This document shows positions 44,102 to 49,213 of a DNA stretch of 49,213 bases, one piece after another. The stretch is from assembly GCF_001194135.2 (NCBI RefSeq), contig NC_069003.1, positions 7,063,631 through 7,112,843 of the forward strand, in the 5' to 3' direction. The translations under genes were made by a program, and so were the position numbers. Numbering within the stretch: position 1 is the first letter of the stretch; every line of letters starts with the position of its first letter. The notes below the pieces were generated by a model that saw nothing but the letters and a program-made list of their open reading frames with translations, had not been told where the DNA came from and did no database searches. Source of the DNA: Octopus bimaculoides. Its lineage: Eukaryota.

Positions 44102-44288
44102 CATTATTATTTGTATTTTGCCCATCACTACGTTTTTTGAGTTCAAACCCTGCCAAGGTTGACTTTGCCTTTCATCCTTTCTGGGATCGATAAATTAAGT
44201 ACCAGTGAAACACTGGGGTCGATGTAATCGACTAGTCCCCTCCTCTAAAAGTTCCCCTAATCCTTCAGTAGAAAGGATAATTATTATT

Positions 44289-45205
44289 TATTTGTTTCAG
44301 TCATTTGGCTGTGGCTATGCTGGGGCAATCGACCCCCAGCACTTATTTACTTCTTTCTTTTTTTCTTTTTCGTTTTTTTTTGTTTTGTTTTCATGTTTGG
44401 TTCTTATTCTATTGGGCTCTTTTGCCAAACTTCTAAGTTACAGGGATGTAAACAAGCCAACACCGGTTGTCACAGGATAGTGGGGACGCACACACACACA
44501 CACACACGCACACACACATGCATATATACAGTGGGCTTCCACACAGTTTCCGTCTGTCAAATTCACTCACAAGGCATTAATCAATGCAGGGCTGTGGTAG
44601 AAGATACTTGCTCAAGGTGCTGCACTGCTAACTTACAGGGGCATAAACACACCAAGACCAGTTGTCAAGCACTGGTTGGGAGACAAACAGACACACATAC
44701 ATAGATATATATACACACACAGACACACATACATAGATATATATACACACACAGACACACATATATAGATATATATACACACACACAGACACACATACAT
44801 AGATATATACACACATAGACACACATACATAGATATATATACACACACAGACACACATACATAGATATATATATACACACACAGACACACATATATAGAT
44901 ATATATACACACACAGACACACATATATAGATATATATACACACACACATAGATATATATACACACACAGACACACATATATAGATATATATACACACAC
45001 AGACACACATACATAGATATATATACACACACACACACACATACATAGATATATACACACACACACAGACACACATACATAGATATATACATGCACACAC
45101 ATACACACACACAACAGGCTTCCTTCAGTTTCCACCTACCAAGTCCACTCACAAGGCTTTGGTTGGCCTGAGGCTATGGTAGAAGACACTTGCCAAAGGT
45201 GTCAC
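44289..45205 (-). mobile_element. Two tandem SINE D units, the second with an expanded internal minisatellite
   Basis: The element restarts at about 44625 (ctaacttacaggg) and resumes after the repeat at about 45112. Confidence 0.8.
44690..45110. repeat. About 30-32-bp composite minisatellite (acacacacagacacacatacatagatatatat)n
   Basis: About 13 imperfect units. Confidence 0.9.
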
Positions 45206-45679
45206 ATGCAGTTTGTTTATTTATATGCTTATTTGTGGTGGTAACAGTGCAAATGAGAGGTGGGAACAGTTCCCTTATGACTGCTGATGTTGTATACGGA
45301 CTGCAAACAAGGTCTGGGCAAATTAAGCATTGGTAATGATGCTTCTTGTCGTGTTGGGCTGCCTTCAGTTTTTTCCAGGAACAATGACAGGCAGGGCTGA
45401 TCAAGCAGAATATCCGTATTGTGGTTTCTAGTCTTGACGACACCCAGAAGTGTGTGAGTTTGTTAAGGAACACAAACTCCCTCGTGTCTATACTGAGCGA
45501 CTATGTATTAATCCCTTCCCCTTGTCTTATGTGTTACTTGTGCTAGGGACAGCATAGAGTTTGTGAGATCCTTACTCTCTTGTTTTAGACATGCTAGGAA
45601 GTTAAATGTGTTGAAATGTCAGCTGGTGCATTGAGATACATAGCAGTGCAGCACTTAAAACCTTTCACTTTTGTTTCGA

Positions 45680-46100
45680 GGTGCAGCCATGGCTGAGTGA
45701 TTAAGGCACTTGCTTTATTGCTACCTGGTTGTGACTTCAGTCCCAATTCACAGCATCTTGGGCAAATGTTTTTTCTACTATAGCCCAAAGCTGACCAATG
45801 CCATGTGAGTGAATTTAGGAGACAGAAACTGCGTGGAAGCCCATCATGTGTGTGTGTGTGTGTGTGTGTGAATATGTGTGGGGTGTGTGTTTGTCCTCTC
45901 ACTTCACCATTTGATAACTGGTTTTGGTTTGTTTTCATCCACATAACTTAGCGATTCAGCAAAAGAGACCACCAATACAGTAACTAGCAGACTTAAGAAA
46001 GCAAATAAGTACTGGAGCCAATTTGTTTGACTAAACCTTTCGAGGTGATGCCCCAGCATGGCCACAGTCCACTGACTAAAACACGTGACAGTTAAAAAGA
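45680..46100 (+). mobile_element. SINE family D, diverged, sense orientation
   Basis: Head, cttgggcaaat core, (TG)n, ccccagcatggccacagtc tail. Confidence 0.75.
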
Positions 46101-46512
46101 TGTCCCTTCCCTTGTTATATGGTCTCTGTTTGTATGGACCCTATTTATATAGCCTTTGTTTATATGGTCCCTGTATATATGATCCTTGTTTTAAAGGGGC
46201 TCATCAAAGGTAGTTCATATGTCACATTGTATAAGTTGATCAACTGCATGGATCAACTGTCTTTGACCCCAAATCTACTCAACCAATGGTGTCCTGCTCC
46301 CCACTCTTCTCTCTTATTTTAAACCCCTCATCTCCCAGCATAAAGCTACCCTCAACTTCAGGTTTCATAATCTTAGAGTCTACATGCTGACCTCACTAGT
46401 GATGGTGGCATGGAAAAAGCACCCAGTATATGCTGTAAAGTGACTGGTGTTAGGAAGGCCATCCAGCTGTAGAAACCATACCAAAGCCTGGCTCTGTGTT
46501 GGTTATGATGAT

Positions 46513-46812
46513 GAGCGTTTCAGTTGATCTGATCAACTGAACAGCTTGCTCATGAAATTAACATTCAACTGACTGAGGACTCCACAGACACGCGTAACCT
46601 TAATGTAGTTGTTAGGGAGATTCAGCGTGATGCAGAATGTGACAAGATTGGCCCCTTTGAATTACAGGTACAACTAAATTATTGCCAGCTGAGTGAACTG
46701 GAGCAATGTGAAATAAAGGGTCTTGTTCAAGGCTACAATACACTGCTGGTAATTGAACAGATGACCTCAGGATCAAGAGCCAAATGCCCCTGACCACTAA
46801 ACCATGTACCTT
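46513..46812 (-). mobile_element. SINE family B, diverged
   Basis: Reverse complement matches 36346-36665. Confidence 0.8.
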
Positions 46813-46936
46813 CATATGCCAAAGCAGTCCTTGAACCCACTGGGATCTCGTCAAACCATCCAACCCAGGCTAGCATGGGAGATAGATGTTAAATGATGAT
46901 GTCCTAGTTTGAATGATGTTAAATGATGATGTCCTA

Positions 46937-47339
46937 GTGGAGGCGCAATGACCCAGTTGTTAGGGTAGTGGACTCGCGGTCATAGGATCGCAGTTTTGAT
47001 TCCCAGACCAGGCATTGTGAGTGTTTATTGAGCGAAAACACCTAAAGCTCCATGAGGCTCCGGCAGGGGATCGTCGTGAACCCTGCTGTACTCTTTCACC
47101 ACAACTTTCTCTCACTCTTACTTCCTGTTTCTGTTGTACCTGTAATTCAAAGGGCCAGCCTTGTCACACTCTGTGTTACGCTGAATATCCCCGAGAACTA
47201 CATTAAGGGTACACGTATCTGTGGAGTGCTCAGCCACTTGCACGTTAATTTCACGAGCAGGCTGTTCTGTTGATCAGATCAACTGGAATCCCCGTCGTCG
47301 TAAGCGACGGAGTGCCAACAACAACAACAACAACATCAA
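46937..47339 (+). mobile_element. SINE family A, full length
   Basis: A/B-box head, (AAC)n tail, cctagtttgaa on both sides. Confidence 0.9.
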
Positions 47340-47835
47340 CCTAGTTTGAAATAACATAAACAATATTTGATCCCAACCCTGCTCTATCAGCAATGACTTG
47401 GTTGAAAATAACAACACATGTTTACATGTAAATTGATATAATCCACATCTCGAAATCGATGAAAAAGTTTTCAGCTTTTCTTGGAAATTGTTTGTAGATT
47501 TCTTTTTTATAATTAACACCTTTTTTTTATTTTGTTTGTTTGTTATGTTTCTTGTTAAGCTGATCTGGATCAAGCTAATTGCCTCTCTATATAATCTGCT
47601 TATAATATTTTCCTCTCACCCTTTTTTGTTAGTCGAACCAAACACTTGTCGAGTCGACATTTGTTTTTGATTGCACATAAGTCGTGACTGCTACAACTTC
47701 ATTCAATTTCCTTCTTGTTCAGTACACAGTTATTATAACGAGCTCTCATTTTCATTTTTCATTGTTGTGCTTTGTTTTTCTTTTCTTTTCTTTTTTTTTT
47801 CCATTTTCTTTTTTATTCACTGAAATATAAACCTC

Positions 47836-48140
47836 AACCCTTTAGCATTCTGATTCTTCTGTCAAACTCAATGCTTATTCATTTGTGTTGTTTGGAATTA
47901 ATCATGCATTAGTATCACATAGCTTTGTGATTTCACTGATGTGATTGTACACTTTCAGAATGACATTGTAGAGTAAGTGTGAGAAGCCAAATCTGGCACA
48001 TTTGAATATAAAACAGGTAGAATATTTGGGCCTGAAAATGGCTGGTTTAACCCTTTTAGCATTCAGATTCCTCTGTCAAATCTAATGCTTATTGATTCAC
48101 ATTGTTTAGAATTAATCATGCATTGTCTTGTAGCTTGAGG
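47836..48140. mobile_element. MITE family with aaccctttagcatt termini, full copy plus truncated second copy (relatives at about 11290-11472, 14295-14470, 30990-31200, 39325-39430)
   Basis: Termini aaccctttagcatt / aatattaaagggttaa next to TTAA in some copies; piggyBac-like by inference. Confidence 0.6.
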
Positions 48141-48404
48141 TTTTCTTGGCTGAAATTTTGGGGTGGTTTGCCCTGTCGCCTTCTTCAACTGGATGGCTGT
48201 TGGTCCACAGTGAGCTCATCCACCCTTTGACATGTCTTGTTTTTGGTCCTCCTGGGTGTCCACACACCCTCCTCCAAGCTACTCAAGTGAGGAACAGAGT
48301 CAGTTTTGTCGCTGGTAACTCAACCATGAAACAGGTAGTTCTGGTTTCCGTGGTGACCGTAGCAGGTCTCATCAGCCTGACTAACATCACATCTTTTATT
48401 TCTT

Positions 48405-48609
48405 ATTTATTTTATTTGTTTCAGTCATAAGACTGTGGCCATACTGGAGCACTGCCTTGAATTTGTAGTCAAATGAACTGACCCCAGTACGTTTTTTTTT
48501 TAAGCCTGGTATTTATTCAATCTGTCTCTTTTGCTAAACCACTGAGTTAAAGGAACATAAACACACCAACACTGGCTGTCAAGCAGACATGAAAACACAC
48601 CTAACAGAA

Positions 48610-48658
<49 letters not shown>

Positions 48659-48825
48659 TAGACATACATATGATAGGCTTCTTTCAGTTTCCGTCTACCA
48701 AATCGCCTCACAAAACTTTTGTCAACCCAAGGCTATAGTAGAAGACACTTGCCCAAGCTGCCACACAGTGGGACTGAACCCAGAACCATGCGGGAAGCAA
48801 GCTTCTTACCACACAACCTTGCCTA
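48405..48825 (-). mobile_element. SINE family D
   Basis: Same modules. Confidence 0.8.
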
Positions 48826-49213
48826 TATTTCTAATGTCTATCCACTGTCTCAGATCACTTGAGCTCTGCCTGTCATTACATATCCTTAACTTTACATATC
48901 CTACAGGCCATCCTTTGTTTCTTCCCAATCTCCACAGATCCTCTTGGTTCAGTGCCTTAACATCATTGCTGTGCAGCGTTGCATATCTTGCACGTGCATT
49001 TCTACAAACTCTGCACAGTGCTACTAAAAGTCTTTTACTGATAACAAACCGAAAGGAATTACCAAAAAAGAAAAAAAGAAAAAAAAACAACCTCTTTCAC
49101 CCTTTTTATCAGTCTTATCTGTTTTGCTACATCTTATCCTCACTATTTTATTACATCCACCTGGTTAGCTAACATGAACTCATACACCATGTGGCATGCA
49201 ACATGGTGTGTGT

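Noticed and set aside
44628-45152. Three minus-strand ORFs of 156-174 aa
   Set aside because: Stop-free reading of the composite minisatellite
45200-45600. Complex island with an ttccag acceptor and gtgagt donor
   Set aside because: All three entry phases hit stops, so it is not a CEP350-like exon; probable old repeat

Overview
AT-rich eukaryotic genomic DNA, dense in microsatellites and SINEs, with several N-gaps. The repeat content points to a coleoid cephalopod, probably Octopus (inference). The window holds one long plus-strand spliced gene. I reconstructed 29 GT-AG coding exons between 5058 and 41061 (about 4.3 kb CDS, about 1,430 aa). Intron phases match throughout except for one break beside the gap at 32351-33012, and one exon end (11507) is hidden in a gap. 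Several blocks match my recollection of CEP350/CAP350 conserved motifs (LDKLREKIKQQ, TRKIAASVSTPSYKGF, IITPSSWKKGHEVVLRILG, VRHYDPEEVRKFI...RLQEVYRKQKE, YSVVNIFTSKY, YSPAQL..KLRAEL...ISLAQQE), so I call it CEP350-like. The start codon is not visible. No CAP-Gly or C-terminal CEP350 half is seen, and a candidate stop exon lies at 42569-42656. Introns carry several tRNA-derived SINE families, RTE-type LINE remnants, fold-back/MITE elements and minisatellites. Most interesting observations: (1) a 45-bp near-perfect inverted repeat enclosing a frame-neutral, apparently duplicated exon; (2) a 250-nt fold-back ending on a TACTAAC branch point and carrying a hammerhead-like core; (3) further degenerate hammerhead-like cores; (4) a weak donor whose read-through ends in a Cys-rich CVVM CaaX tail; (5) the apparently truncated CEP350 architecture. 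Most ORFs in the supplied track are microsatellite, SINE or gap artefacts. No prokaryotic features, CRISPR arrays, rRNA or true tRNA genes were found. All homology calls come from memory, not from database searches.
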